From the NCBI GenBank assembly GCA_963705305.1, contig OY970067.1, positions 1,344,001-1,408,000 of the forward strand: DNA of 64,000 nucleotides. Reading direction: 5' to 3'. The translations under genes were made by a program, and so were the position numbers. Position 1 is the first letter of the stretch; the number at the start of each line of letters is the position of its first letter. Positions 54,195-64,000 of this stretch are shown one piece after another. The DNA is from an uncultured Methylomirabilota bacterium (GTDB taxonomy: Bacteria > Methylomirabilota > Methylomirabilia > Methylomirabilales > 2-02-FULL-66-22). The notes below the pieces were generated by a model. The model ran no database searches, had not been told where the DNA came from, and saw only the letters and a list, made by a program, of their open reading frames with translations.

Positions 54195-55439
54195 TCACGG
54201 CTTGGGGTCGGTCACGCGGCCCTGGAAGAGGGTCACCCCGGTCGCGTCGTGCTGGATGAACACCAGGAACGGGTGGTCGGCGATGAAGGTGATCGGCTTC
54301 GGCCGGTTGGGGTCCTTCCGGGCGGCGAGCAGCTCCATCGTCGCCGCCGTCGCCGCCGCGGCCTCGGTCCCTTCCTCGGCCACCGCCACGTAGGTCTGGT
54401 GGTAGACCTCGGCGAGCTTGAGGTCCTTCCCGCCGGTCATCGTGGAGAAGTCCGCGTCCCGCCCGAAGGCGTCGGTCATCCCGAGGGCCTTCAGGGCCCC
54501 GGAGAGGGCCATCTGGGAGCGGAAGGTGAACGTGGGGAGCGCGATCATCACGTCCGCAAACCTGGCCTGGTGCTCCAGCGTCCAGAGGCTCTCGGCCGTC
54601 AGGCTTCGCTCCACGGTCGCCAGGCCGTTACGCTCCTTCGGGAGGACGATCCACATCGTGCAGTCGCCCCCCGCGTACCCCATCCCGAGCAGCTGGAGCG
54701 TCCCGGTCTCCGCGTACTGGTACTTCCCCGTGCGCGACATGGTCGGGACCTCGGCCTTCGTCTTGCCGCGCACGAAGAAATCGTCCTCGTGCGTGTGGTT
54801 CGGATCGAACGGCTGGCCCCACTTGTTCTTGAAGTAGAGGGCGTTGGCGAGGACCAGCCGCGTGTCCGTCCCGACCCCGCCCTGCGGGATCAAGTTCTGG
54901 ATCTTGTCGGCGGTGACCTCCTCCACCCAGCCGTTGATCGCCCGGCGGGCCCGTTCGGGGTCCTTCGCGAAGTCGGCCGAGCTGACCTTCCCCCGATAGG
55001 GGCCCTCGGCCGTCCGCCGGAACGCCGGGAGGAAAGGGTACCCCTCCTGCGCCCACAGGCCGTTGGCGGCCCTGAGGATGCCCTCTGCCGTTCCCTGCCC
55101 GCTGCTGCCAATCTGGAGGCTCCCCTGGATGGCCCCGAATCCCGCGTCGACACCCGCGATGCCGGCCAGGTGGAGGGCGGCGTCCATCTGGACCAAGGTC
55201 CGCCCCTGGGCCCCCGCCCGCACCATCGCCAGGGCCGTGGCGATCGAGGAGGGCGAGACCAAGAGGTTCTCGTTCGGCTGCCCCGCCTGGCGCAGGATCT
55301 CGAAGCCAAACGCGTTCACGGCCTGGGCGGCCGCCGCCCGGTCCGGCGGGGGGGCGCCGTGCGCCGGTCCCGCCCAGCTCGTTCCGAGTCCAGCGATGAG
55401 GACTGCGCACACCCACGTCACGTTTCGGCGCGCATGCAT
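54195..55439 (-). CDS. Secreted serpin
   Basis: NLLVSPSSI, LANALYFK..W..PF, hinge EEGTEAAAAT, FIADHPFL.FI...LF.GR..DP. Confidence 0.95.
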   Translation of the reverse strand: MHARRNVTWVCAVLIAGLGTSWAGPAHGAPPPDRAAAAQAVNAFGFEILRQAGQPNENLLVSPSSIATALAMVRAGAQGRTLVQMDAALHLAGIAGVDAGFGAIQGSLQIGSSGQGTAEGILRAANGLWAQEGYPFLPAFRRTAEGPYRGKVSSADFAKDPERARRAINGWVEEVTADKIQNLIPQGGVGTDTRLVLANALYFKNKWGQPFDPNHTHEDDFFVRGKTKAEVPTMSRTGKYQYAETGTLQLLGMGYAGGDCTMWIVLPKERNGLATVERSLTAESLWTLEHQARFADVMIALPTFTFRSQMALSGALKALGMTDAFGRDADFSTMTGGKDLKLAEVYHQTYVAVAEEGTEAAAATAATMELLAARKDPNRPKPITFIADHPFLVFIQHDATGVTLFQGRVTDPKP

Positions 55440-55786
55440 GATGGCCTCCACGGTCGTGATCGGCCTCGCAGAGCGCAACCGCGAGCGCCTAGGCCCCGTT
55501 CGGGAGAGACGGGACTGGCGAACAGTAGCCCGACTCCGCCCGGAGCCGTTTGATTACCGGCCGCCTTCTTCTCTTCTCTTGGACACCCGTGCGGCCATTT
55601 GGTTCCGGGATCCGCCGTTCACGTTCGCGGCGCCGGTTTCGAGAGCGGAAGCAGCTCGTCAGCCGGCGCGAAGTCCTGGCAGAGCTCAAACGGCTGCGGG
55701 CCCGGACGCCGAAGAGGGGACAGGCGGCCCCCACCAAGTCCGGACCCGCTACTCGGCTCATCTCCGTGACCCTGCGATCCCCCGGC

Positions 55787-56305
55787 CTAGTTCCACCTGG
55801 GCCCGAGAGGCACGGGCGGAGCCTCCCGCAGCAGGAAGTGCTCGCCGACGCAGAACTCGGCCTCGCACCGCTGCTCCTGCTGGCGCTTCGGGTCGGGAGC
55901 GGCCGCCGCCGCGAGCGTGGCCTCCGGCGTACTCTGGCCCAGGCACAACGAGACCACCGGCCCGGGCCAGCTCTGGAGGGCCAGGCGCGGGGCGTTCTTT
56001 TCCAGCGTAACCCGGCCGTCCTGCCCGGCCCGCACCTGGGCGAGGTGGAGCCAGAGGGCCGCGTAGGCATCCGTTGGGGAGAGTTCCAGCGCCTTGGCCA
56101 CATCCAGCGCTGCGGCCCGGAAGTTGCCGCCATAGAACTGCATCCTGCCGCGGTTTTTGTACGCGTGGGGGTAGTCGGGCTTCAGCCGGAGCGCCTGGCC
56201 GTAGTCCGCGATGGCCCGGTCGTACTCCCCCTTCTCGTCGTACACGGTGCCGCGGTTGTTGTAGGCGGCGGCCAGATCCGCCCCGGAGAGCTGCCCCGAC
56301 TGCTC
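55787..56305 (-). pseudogene. TPR (NlpI-like) protein fragment
   Basis: AYNNRG...AIADY..AL.L.P; WPGPV; RCEA.F.VG. N-terminus missing, C-terminus breaks off. Confidence 0.7.
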
Positions 56306-57023
56306 CGGCATCCTGCCGAACACGGGTGGCGGTGTCAACGGGGAAGGAAGGGCGGATTGGGTCCTCGGTCAAATGGGAAGCCCGGGGAGACTCGACCGTC
56401 TCTCTCTTGCGGTGGGAGCCTAAAGCGGCCCGCCCCCAGACCCTGAATGGACCAATCAGTGCGGGCCGGTCAATCCCGGGGCCCTCGAGAATCGCGGCAG
56501 GCCTTGTCCGCGTTGCCCGGTTCGATCCGGTCATCGTGGGGGGCTTGGCCCGGGCGCGGGAGTTCGATGTGGGCACCCCTGTCTACGCCTCGAACATGTC
56601 GGGCCCCCAGGTCCGACAGCAACTGGGGGTGGGGCGTCGCATTACCGCCGGGTTTAGCACAAAGGGGGTCCGGTGATATTCTGCGCCACAAGACCTCGTC
56701 GTTAGAGATCGTCGGATCATCGGCCCACGGCATGGGTTGGGCGAGAGGCTCCGATGTTGACTCACATCGTCGCAGCAAACGCTAGCGGTCGAGGCAACGC
56801 CGCGGTCGAGCAACGCCGGCTCGGCCGGGAAGTCGATTGGCGGGGCCACGATTGCAGGCAGCACGTTCGCGCAGCCACCGAGTGGGCAATGTTTGGTGAA
56901 GCTTGTCAAGGCGAGTGCGGCGTTGTTGGGATGGCATGTTGATGATACCATGCGCCGAAATAGCCCGAGCGGCCCGGCGCCTGACGGGCAAATATCTTCA
57001 GACTCATCCTGGAGGTGCATACC

Positions 57024-58238
57024 ATGCCGAGAGCATTGGAGGGCGTCCGCGTTGTCGACCTCAGCCACGTGCTGGCGGCCCCGACGGCGAGCATGTTCCT
57101 GGCCGACCTGGGAGCCGATGTGATCCACGTCGAGCGGGACATCGGCGATGACGCGCGCGAGTTCGGGCCGTTCGTGGGCGGCCACGACAAGAACCGGAGC
57201 GCCTACTTCATCAGCCTGAACCGGAACAAGAAGAGCCTGGTCCTGGACCTGAAGAGCGCCAAGGGCAGGGAGATCCTGCGCGATCTCATCCGGGCGTCGG
57301 ACGTTGTGCTGGAAAACTTCCGGCCGGACACCATGGACAAGCTGGGCTTCGGCTGGGAGGCCATCCAAAAGATCAATCCGCGGGCGATCTACTGCTCGAT
57401 CTGCGGCTTCGGCCACGACTCGCTGCCGGAATACGGCAGCCGGCCCGCCTACGACATGGTGGCCCAGGCGTACAGCGGCATCATGAGCATCACCGGCCCC
57501 GAGGGCGGGCCCCCGTGCCGCGTGGGCTCGTCCGTGGGGGACATCATCGCCGGCCATCAGGCGGCGATCGGGATCCTGGCGGCCCTGCTCTACCGCGAGC
57601 GGACCGGCCGGGGCCAGTACGTCGACATTGCCATGGTGGACGGCCTCTTCTCGGTGCTGGAGAACGCGGTGGCCCGGTACGTGAACACGGGGGAGATCCC
57701 CGGCCCGCTGGGCGGCGCGCACCCCTCCATCACGCCGTTTCAGGGATTCAAGACCAAGGACGGCCAGTGGGTGATCGCGGCCATCGGGAACGACAAGCTG
57801 TGGGCGCAGTACTGCACGATCCTCGGCCGCCCGGACCTGATCGCGCCCCCCAAGTTCAAGACGAACCCGCTGCGCTGCGACAATCGCAAAGAGCTCATCG
57901 CGATCCTGGACAAGGAGATGGAGAAGAAGACGGCGAAGGAGTGGTGCGAGATCTTCGAGCAGCACGCGATTCCCTACTCGCCCATCAATAATCTGCAGCA
58001 GATCTGCGAGGACCGCCACATCGCCCACCGGAACATGCTGGTGGAGATCGACCAGCCGGTGGTGGGAAAGATGCGGATCTGCGCCTCGCCCCTGAAGCTG
58101 TCCGAGACGCCCGGGGAGGTGTACGCGCCCGCCCCGGTCCTGGGTCAGCACTCCGAGCAGGTCCTGCGGGAGGTCCTGGGATACTCCGCAGAGCAGATCG
58201 GCCAGCTGAAGACGGAGGGCGTCATCGGGGGGGCCTGA
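57024..58238 (+). CDS. CoA-transferase family III (CaiB/BaiF)
   Basis: LADLGADVI, LNRNKKSL.LDL, ENFRP, GD motifs. Confidence 0.95.
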   Translation: MPRALEGVRVVDLSHVLAAPTASMFLADLGADVIHVERDIGDDAREFGPFVGGHDKNRSAYFISLNRNKKSLVLDLKSAKGREILRDLIRASDVVLENFRPDTMDKLGFGWEAIQKINPRAIYCSICGFGHDSLPEYGSRPAYDMVAQAYSGIMSITGPEGGPPCRVGSSVGDIIAGHQAAIGILAALLYRERTGRGQYVDIAMVDGLFSVLENAVARYVNTGEIPGPLGGAHPSITPFQGFKTKDGQWVIAAIGNDKLWAQYCTILGRPDLIAPPKFKTNPLRCDNRKELIAILDKEMEKKTAKEWCEIFEQHAIPYSPINNLQQICEDRHIAHRNMLVEIDQPVVGKMRICASPLKLSETPGEVYAPAPVLGQHSEQVLREVLGYSAEQIGQLKTEGVIGGA

Positions 58239-58327
58239 TCCCTCCAGGCGCGAGCGGGTTCGGAGGATCCACGCCTGTTCCGGAGCTCCCGAAGCGGCAG
58301 GGCACCCGCGCTGGCCGGCGCGTCGAG

Positions 58328-59380
58328 CTATCGGGTCCGGTCGTTGGCGACGCTTTCGTAGAGGTCGAAGCTTTCACCCAGCTTGTCCATCAGCGGCTGG
58401 GTTTCCCGATTGAGTCGCCGGATGATATCCAGGGGCAGCGGCTCGGCCGCGGCCTGAACATCCTCCTCGAGCTTCTGCACGCTCCGCGCGCCGACGAGGC
58501 AGCAGCTGATCCCCTCTCCGGCCAGGGCCCACTTGGTCGCCAGCGCCGGCATGGTCAGGCCGCATTCTCTCGCCACGGCCCGGATCGCCGCCAGGGCGGC
58601 GTTGGTCTCGTCCTCGGCCCCCGCCTCGCCGTGCCGGCTCAGCGGCGAGCGCTCGGCCGCGAAATGTCGCGTCCGCCGCTGGTAGGGCGGCACATCCTCG
58701 AGGGTGGGGTAGAGGTCCGCCAGCACCCCCTGGAGCAGGACCATGTAACCGATCACACCCACGCCCAGCCGCCGGCAGCGGGGAAGAATCGCCCGCTCGA
58801 TTCCGCGCGCCAGCAGGCTGTAAGGCAGCTGATTCACCACCAGGTCCGGACAGAGCCGCAGGGCCTCATCCAGCCGCTCGACGCCGAAGTTGCTGACGCC
58901 GATACGGCGGATCTTCCCCTGCTCTCGCAGGCGCAGGAGCGCGGCCAGGGCCTCCTCGACGCGAGGCGGGTTCCGGATGACCCGCTCGTCCTGGGTGAAG
59001 TGGCGGATGGAGTGGGGGTGGATGGGCCAGTGGATCATGTAGAGGTCCACATAGTCCAGGGCAAGCCGCCTGAGCGAGGCCTCGCAGTGGCGCGGCAGGG
59101 TGTCGGCGTAGCAGTTCGAAGGTGAGACCTTGCTGCCGATCAGCAGCCGGTCGCGGGGGAGCCCCCGCAAGGCCTGTCCCAGCGACTCTTCGCTCCGGCC
59201 GTCGTTATACGCCTCGGCGGCGTCGAAATAGTTGATCCCCAACTCGACGGCGCGGCGCACCACCGCGCCCACGGCCCGCTGGTCCGTCTCGCCCCAATAG
59301 GCCCCTCCGCCGAACGACCAGCAGCCCAGTCCCAGGGCCGACAGCCGAAGATCGGACCGGCCGCATTGCCTGCGCTCCAC
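58328..59380 (-). CDS. Aldo/keto reductase
   Basis: GLGCW, D.A..Y, SL.RL..DYVDLY.IHWP, IGVSNF. Confidence 0.93.
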   Translation of the reverse strand: MERRQCGRSDLRLSALGLGCWSFGGGAYWGETDQRAVGAVVRRAVELGINYFDAAEAYNDGRSEESLGQALRGLPRDRLLIGSKVSPSNCYADTLPRHCEASLRRLALDYVDLYMIHWPIHPHSIRHFTQDERVIRNPPRVEEALAALLRLREQGKIRRIGVSNFGVERLDEALRLCPDLVVNQLPYSLLARGIERAILPRCRRLGVGVIGYMVLLQGVLADLYPTLEDVPPYQRRTRHFAAERSPLSRHGEAGAEDETNAALAAIRAVARECGLTMPALATKWALAGEGISCCLVGARSVQKLEEDVQAAAEPLPLDIIRRLNRETQPLMDKLGESFDLYESVANDRTR

Positions 59381-59658
59381 GCATCCTCCTGGTCGCGCGT
59401 CCGGCGCCCGCCCTGCGCCGCGCGCTATCGCCAGCCCATCATCGACCCGCCGTCGAGCCCGGGTCAAGCGCTTTCCGACGGGTGCCACCGGCTGATTGCA
59501 CGGGCGGCAGGACGAGGGTGTCCGGTGTCTGGACATCGGACAGGGATCGATGGTATGTCTCACAGTGCAGCCCGCACCGCGGGAGGCACCGGGCCGTCTG
59601 CGCGTCCGGCGTCCGGACCCCCCGGGCGGCTGTCCTGCGACAGCGAAAGGAGACTCCC

Positions 59659-60339
59659 GTGCTGACCGTCATCGATCTGGCCCAGATGATCGACCACTCC
59701 ATCCTCTTGCCGGCCCAAACCGAGAAGGACCTGGAGGAGGGCGTCGCGATCGCCCGGACGTACCGGGTCAAATGCGTCGTGCCCAAGGCCTTCCAGGCGG
59801 CCCGGACCAAGAAGCTGCTGGAAGGCTCCGAGGTCCGCCTCTGCATTCCCATCGCATTCCCGCAAGGCCTCAATCCACCCGAGGTGAAGCGGTACGAGGC
59901 GGAGTGGGCTCTCGACCGCGGGGCCCAGGAGCTGGACATGGTGATCAACATCAGCGCCCTGAAGTCCGGGGACCACGACTTCGTGGAGCGCGACATCGCC
60001 GGCGTGGTGGAGGCCGCCGCCCGATACCGGGCGCCGGTGAAGGCCATCCTGGAGACATATCTCCTGACCGACGAGGAGAAAGCCGCCGCCTGCCGGATCG
60101 CCGAGCGGGCGGGCGTCGCCTTCGTGAAGACGTCGACCGCCACGCAGCCGGGCGGGGCCACCGTGGCGGACATCCGCCTGATGCGGGCGACCGTCGGTCC
60201 CAAGGTCATCGTCAAAGCCTCGGCCTTCGTCACCGACATCGACAAGGCGCTGGCCCTGTACGAGGCCGGCGCGCGGCGCTTCGGCACGGCCTATACCGTG
60301 GATATCCTGGAGGGGCTCAAAAAGAAGCTGGCCGGGTAG
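59659..60339 (+). CDS. deoC: DeoC-family class I aldolase
   Basis: IDHS.L, ELDMVIN, VKAILET, FVKTST, VKAS. Confidence 0.8.
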   Translation: MLTVIDLAQMIDHSILLPAQTEKDLEEGVAIARTYRVKCVVPKAFQAARTKKLLEGSEVRLCIPIAFPQGLNPPEVKRYEAEWALDRGAQELDMVINISALKSGDHDFVERDIAGVVEAAARYRAPVKAILETYLLTDEEKAAACRIAERAGVAFVKTSTATQPGGATVADIRLMRATVGPKVIVKASAFVTDIDKALALYEAGARRFGTAYTVDILEGLKKKLAG

Positions 60340-60395
60340 GGCCCCGGCACCCACCCGCTGGCCCGGGGCGCCCCGGGCCGGCCGTGAGGGACCCG

Positions 60396-61457
60396 ATGAT
60401 CGAGCCGAACTTCGACCGGCTGCGAACCGTGCTGCTGCGGGCCGGCGAGCCCGATTACGTCCCGCTGGGCGACATCAGCGTGCATCCGCTCCTGAAGGCC
60501 GCCACCCTGGGACGGCCGGTGCAGCGCCTGGAGGACGAGGTGGCGTTCTGGTCGGCGGCGGGCTACGACCACGTGCCGGTGGAGCAGGGCCTCCAGCTGA
60601 CCGAGGTCATCCGGCAGCGGGCCATGCAAGAGCTCGAGGGCCGGTACGCCCCGAACACGGACGCCACGCAACGGCGCACTTGGGCCGCGGAAGGACAGGG
60701 GCTGATCACAACCTGGGAGGACTTCGAGGCGTTCCGGTGGCCGAACCCGGATGCCCTGGACTTCAGCGCATTCGAGCGGATCGGCGCCCTGCTGCCGCCC
60801 AAGGTGAAGGTCGTGGCCGTGCTGGGCAAGATCTTCACCTGCGTCTGGTGGCTCATGGGATTGGAGGGGATGAGCTTCGCGCTGGCGGACGAACCGGATC
60901 TGGTGGCCCGGCTGTTCAAAAAGGTCGGGCAGTTTCAGTACCGCGTCTTCGAGCACATGCTGCGCTACGACTGCGTGGGCCTCGTCTGGCACGCCGACGA
61001 CATCGCCTACTCCACGCAGCTGCTGGTCCGGCCCGAGATTCTGCGCAAGCACGTATTCCCATGGTATGCGGAGATGACCCGCGTGGCCCACGCCCGCGGC
61101 CGCCTGGCCGTCTACCACAGCGATGGGGCGCTCCAGGAGGTCATGGAGGACATCCTCGGCTGCGGCTTCGACGGCCTCAATCCCATCGAGCCCAAGGCCA
61201 TGGATATCAACTGGGTCAAGCGCGCCTACGGCTCCCGCATCGCGCTGCTGGGAAACATCGACCTGGGGTACACGCTGACCCGGGGCACGCCCGAGGAGGT
61301 CCGGGCGGAGGTCCGGCAGCGCATTCACGATCTGGCGCCCGGCGGCGGCTACGCCGTGGCGTCCAGCAACTCCATCCCGGAATACGTGCCGCTGGCCAAC
61401 TTCAACGCCCTGCGCGAAGCGACCTTCGCAAACGGCCAATATCCGATCTTGGTATAA
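60396..61457 (+). CDS. Uroporphyrinogen decarboxylase/MtaA-CmuA family protein
   Basis: EPDYVP, DDIA, HSDG, LLGNID, GGGY..SSNSI. Confidence 0.85.
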   Translation: MIEPNFDRLRTVLLRAGEPDYVPLGDISVHPLLKAATLGRPVQRLEDEVAFWSAAGYDHVPVEQGLQLTEVIRQRAMQELEGRYAPNTDATQRRTWAAEGQGLITTWEDFEAFRWPNPDALDFSAFERIGALLPPKVKVVAVLGKIFTCVWWLMGLEGMSFALADEPDLVARLFKKVGQFQYRVFEHMLRYDCVGLVWHADDIAYSTQLLVRPEILRKHVFPWYAEMTRVAHARGRLAVYHSDGALQEVMEDILGCGFDGLNPIEPKAMDINWVKRAYGSRIALLGNIDLGYTLTRGTPEEVRAEVRQRIHDLAPGGGYAVASSNSIPEYVPLANFNALREATFANGQYPILV

Positions 61458-61520
61458 TCTGCGCTTCAGGGGCCCTCGCGGATGGCGCGGGCGATGGGGC
61501 AGGGAGCGCAGGGCTCGCCG

Positions 61521-61757
61521 CTAGCCCCCGGCTCGCTGGTTGTAGTCCTCGGGCACCCGATCCCAGGCCGGCATGAAGATCCAGAGGAGGAGATAGAGGA
61601 GACCCCCCAAACCGTAGGCGAACAGGAGAACCGTCCAGATCAGTCGCACGATCCAGGTCGGCATGCGCAGCCAATAACCGATGCCGGCGCACACCCCCCC
61701 GATCCACCGTCTTCCCTTCACGCGCCGCAGCTTGGGCCGGACGGCCATGTTCTCCAT
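61521..61757 (-). CDS. PspC domain protein
   Basis: KL.R...R.IGGVCAGIG...VRL...LLYLLLWIFMP. Confidence 0.9.
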   Translation of the reverse strand: MENMAVRPKLRRVKGRRWIGGVCAGIGYWLRMPTWIVRLIWTVLLFAYGLGGLLYLLLWIFMPAWDRVPEDYNQRAGG

Positions 61758-61829
61758 GGCTGACACCGATCCCCGCGACCCTGTGTTGGCCGAGCCGGAA
61801 TGAGGCCGGCAGCCCCGGCCCGACCCGGG

Positions 61830-62123
61830 TCAATCGTGGCGAGACTTGAAGAGCACGATGGAGTTCTTGTTGATCGACAGGAAATCCCCCTGCCAGAGCC
61901 GCTGCCCGTCCACCGAGGAGAGCGTCACGTCCGTCAGGGCCACGAACTGCCGAGCGGGCAGGCTCAGGAAGTCCGACACTCTGACTTCGACCCCCTTGAT
62001 GATCGTGGGGATGTGAACGCTTCCCGAGATGATGTACCGCTCGGTCCACACCTCCACCGGCACGACCTCGAACGACTCCTTCTCCTCGACATCCAACTGG
62101 ACCTCGGCTTGCCTTTCGGGCAT
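61830..62123 (-). CDS. Small conserved protein (DUF6812-like)
   Basis: I.G.VH....RVSDFL...F.ALTD...FL.INK..I; AGGAG RBS. Confidence 0.65.
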   Translation of the reverse strand: MPERQAEVQLDVEEKESFEVVPVEVWTERYIISGSVHIPTIIKGVEVRVSDFLSLPARQFVALTDVTLSSVDGQRLWQGDFLSINKNSIVLFKSRHD

Positions 62124-62393
62124 CCCAGGCTCCTCCTGCGGCGACGAATCGCTCCCGATCGCCCGCCGCCGCTCCGCCCGCCGTTCCCCGCTTCGGCGGA
62201 CCTCCGTGGGAAGGCTAGGTGCGGGCCGGGAAGCCGTCAAGAAGAAAGCCGCTCGAGGGCTGTTGAGGCCCCGAGCAGTCCTTGACATTCGTTCGGCATC
62301 TGGCTACCTTTCGACGGGAGTCCGTGTGGAGCCAGGGCGGGGAGTTGGGGAAGGCGTGGACCCGGGGGAAGCAGTCGACCGCGGAGGTCAGGT

Positions 62394-63785
62394 ATGTATC
62401 TGGAGAGCCTGCATCGTTCGGCCCAGGGAAGGACCGTCCGCGCGCTGGTGATCGGAGCGGGCGAATACGGATTCTCGTTCGTCGCCCAGTCCCAACGGAC
62501 GCCCGGCCTGGCGGTTTCCGCCGTGCACGCCCGGCGCGTCGAGCGGGGAGTGGCCGCCTTCCGGCATGCCGGTGTGCCGAACGAGGCCATCCGGATATGC
62601 GAGACCCGCGGCGAAGCCCGGACGGCGCTGGAGGCGGGGAAGGTGGTGGTCTCGGCCGACGCCCCCATGCTGATCCAGCTCCCGGTCGACATCGTCGTCG
62701 AGGCCACGGGCGCCCCGGAGGCGGCGGCCATCCACGCCGATCTGGCCCTGCGCAACGGCAGGCACGTAGCCATGGTGTCCAAGGAGGCGGACATCGTCGT
62801 CGGGCCGCTCCTCCATCGCCGCGCCAAGGCCGCCGGTCTGGTCTACACGCCGGTGGACGGCGATCAGCCTGGCCTGCTGATGCAGCTGGTGATGTGGGCG
62901 CGCGTCGTGGGCCTCGAAATCCTCTGTGCGGGGAAGGCCAGCGAGTATGACTTCATCTACGATCCTCGGGAGGAGCGCGTGACCAGCCTGGACCGCGCAG
63001 TGGACGCCCCCGGCTTCGACGCGCTCTGGGATCTCGGCTCTCGGGATGCGAGGACGATCGTCGCGGCGAGGGCGGACGCCTTGGCGGCGATCCCGCAGCA
63101 CACTGTCCCGGACTTGGTGGAGATGGGGCTGGTCGCGAACGCCACCGGTCTCGCCCCGGACGTCCCGGCTTTCCACGCCCCCATCGTGCGCACGCCGGAG
63201 GTTGCCAACGTCCTCGTTCCCGGCAGCATGGGCGGCATTCTGGGCGGGGAAGGCCGGATAGACGTTGTGAACTCGCTGCGACGCCCCGACGAGGCCAGCC
63301 TGGCCGGCGGCGTGCTGGTGGTCGTCCGGTGCGAGGATCGACAGTCCTGGGAAGTCCTGCGAGCCAAGGGTCACGTGGTAGGCCGCGCCGGGCAGGCGGC
63401 CATGATCTACCGGCCGTCGCATCTCTTGGGGGTGGAGTCGGCCACCACGGTGCTTTCGGCGGTGCTTCACGGCCGCTCGTCGGGGCCGGACGACGTCCGG
63501 CCGCGCTTCGACGTGGTCGGCCGCACGACCAGGCCCCTTGCAGCCGGCACCCGGCTTTCGGCGACCGGCCATCATCACGAAATTGAGGGGGTGGAGGGCC
63601 TGCTCGTCGAGGCCCGCAGGGCCGCGGGCGCGAACCCCGTCCCCTTCTATCTCATGGCGGACAACACCTTGGTGCGGGACGTTCCAGCCGGAGCCGCCAT
63701 CAGCGCGGACATGATCGAGCGCCCAAGCGACTCGCTGCTCTGGACGCTCCGGCGGGAGATGGAGGAGACCTTCGGGCTTCACTGA
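62394..63785 (+). CDS. Homoserine dehydrogenase-like oxidoreductase with C-terminal SAF domain
   Basis: IGAGEYG, VEATG.P, KEAD..VGP.L, GDQP, CAGK, RP.HLLG.E motifs. Confidence 0.88.
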   Translation: MYLESLHRSAQGRTVRALVIGAGEYGFSFVAQSQRTPGLAVSAVHARRVERGVAAFRHAGVPNEAIRICETRGEARTALEAGKVVVSADAPMLIQLPVDIVVEATGAPEAAAIHADLALRNGRHVAMVSKEADIVVGPLLHRRAKAAGLVYTPVDGDQPGLLMQLVMWARVVGLEILCAGKASEYDFIYDPREERVTSLDRAVDAPGFDALWDLGSRDARTIVAARADALAAIPQHTVPDLVEMGLVANATGLAPDVPAFHAPIVRTPEVANVLVPGSMGGILGGEGRIDVVNSLRRPDEASLAGGVLVVVRCEDRQSWEVLRAKGHVVGRAGQAAMIYRPSHLLGVESATTVLSAVLHGRSSGPDDVRPRFDVVGRTTRPLAAGTRLSATGHHHEIEGVEGLLVEARRAAGANPVPFYLMADNTLVRDVPAGAAISADMIERPSDSLLWTLRREMEETFGLH

Positions 63786-64000
63786 GGCGGCCGAAGGGTG
63801 GCTCCCGGACACCGAGACTTCACGGAGTCATCACGCCGGCCCAGGGACGTGCGCATGCGCGCCGTGGAAATTAGGGCTCCCATGTGCGAGCGGTGGCCCC
63901 CCTGGACTGAAAGGTCCTGAGAAGCGGACCTGCCCAGAATTGGCGTTGTTGGGAGGGACTTGGCCGGGCATATTCTTTCTATCTCTATCGCGAGAGCCCG

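Overview
GC-rich bacterial chromosome segment spanning the replication-origin region, flanked by two tRNA-anchored accessory islands. Left (1-6952): a decaying integrative element abutting the 3' end of tRNA-Asn. It carries a tyrosine integrase, an HTH excisionase-like gene, a truncated serine resolvase, two predicted HEPN/Abi-like genes and a degenerate pair of translationally coupled genes that together make a split, membrane-anchored Cas4-like nuclease. Upstream of tRNA-Asn is a small GIY-YIG nuclease whose ORF starts inside a tRNA-Asn look-alike. Core (7.4-44.3 kb): mglA-mglB-recR-ybaB-dnaX, SRP RNA, all four tRNA-Ser genes, serS-gyrA-gyrB-dnaN, an oriC-like region with DnaA boxes but no dnaA gene, rpmH-rnpA-yidD-yidC-rsmG-parS-parA-parB, a ThDP enzyme, a carbohydrate ABC locus, bactofilin-iscS-mnmA, an ATP synthase operon lacking atpB/atpE, FmdB-like and WYL genes, and tRNA-Phe. 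Right (44.3-56.9 kb): an island of exported and membrane proteins, including an IS21-disrupted Cys-rich repeat protein, a HEAT-repeat protein, a serpin and candidate small protease inhibitors, followed by catabolic genes. Family assignments come from motif recognition by eye; no database searches were run. Several single-base lesions could be assembly errors.
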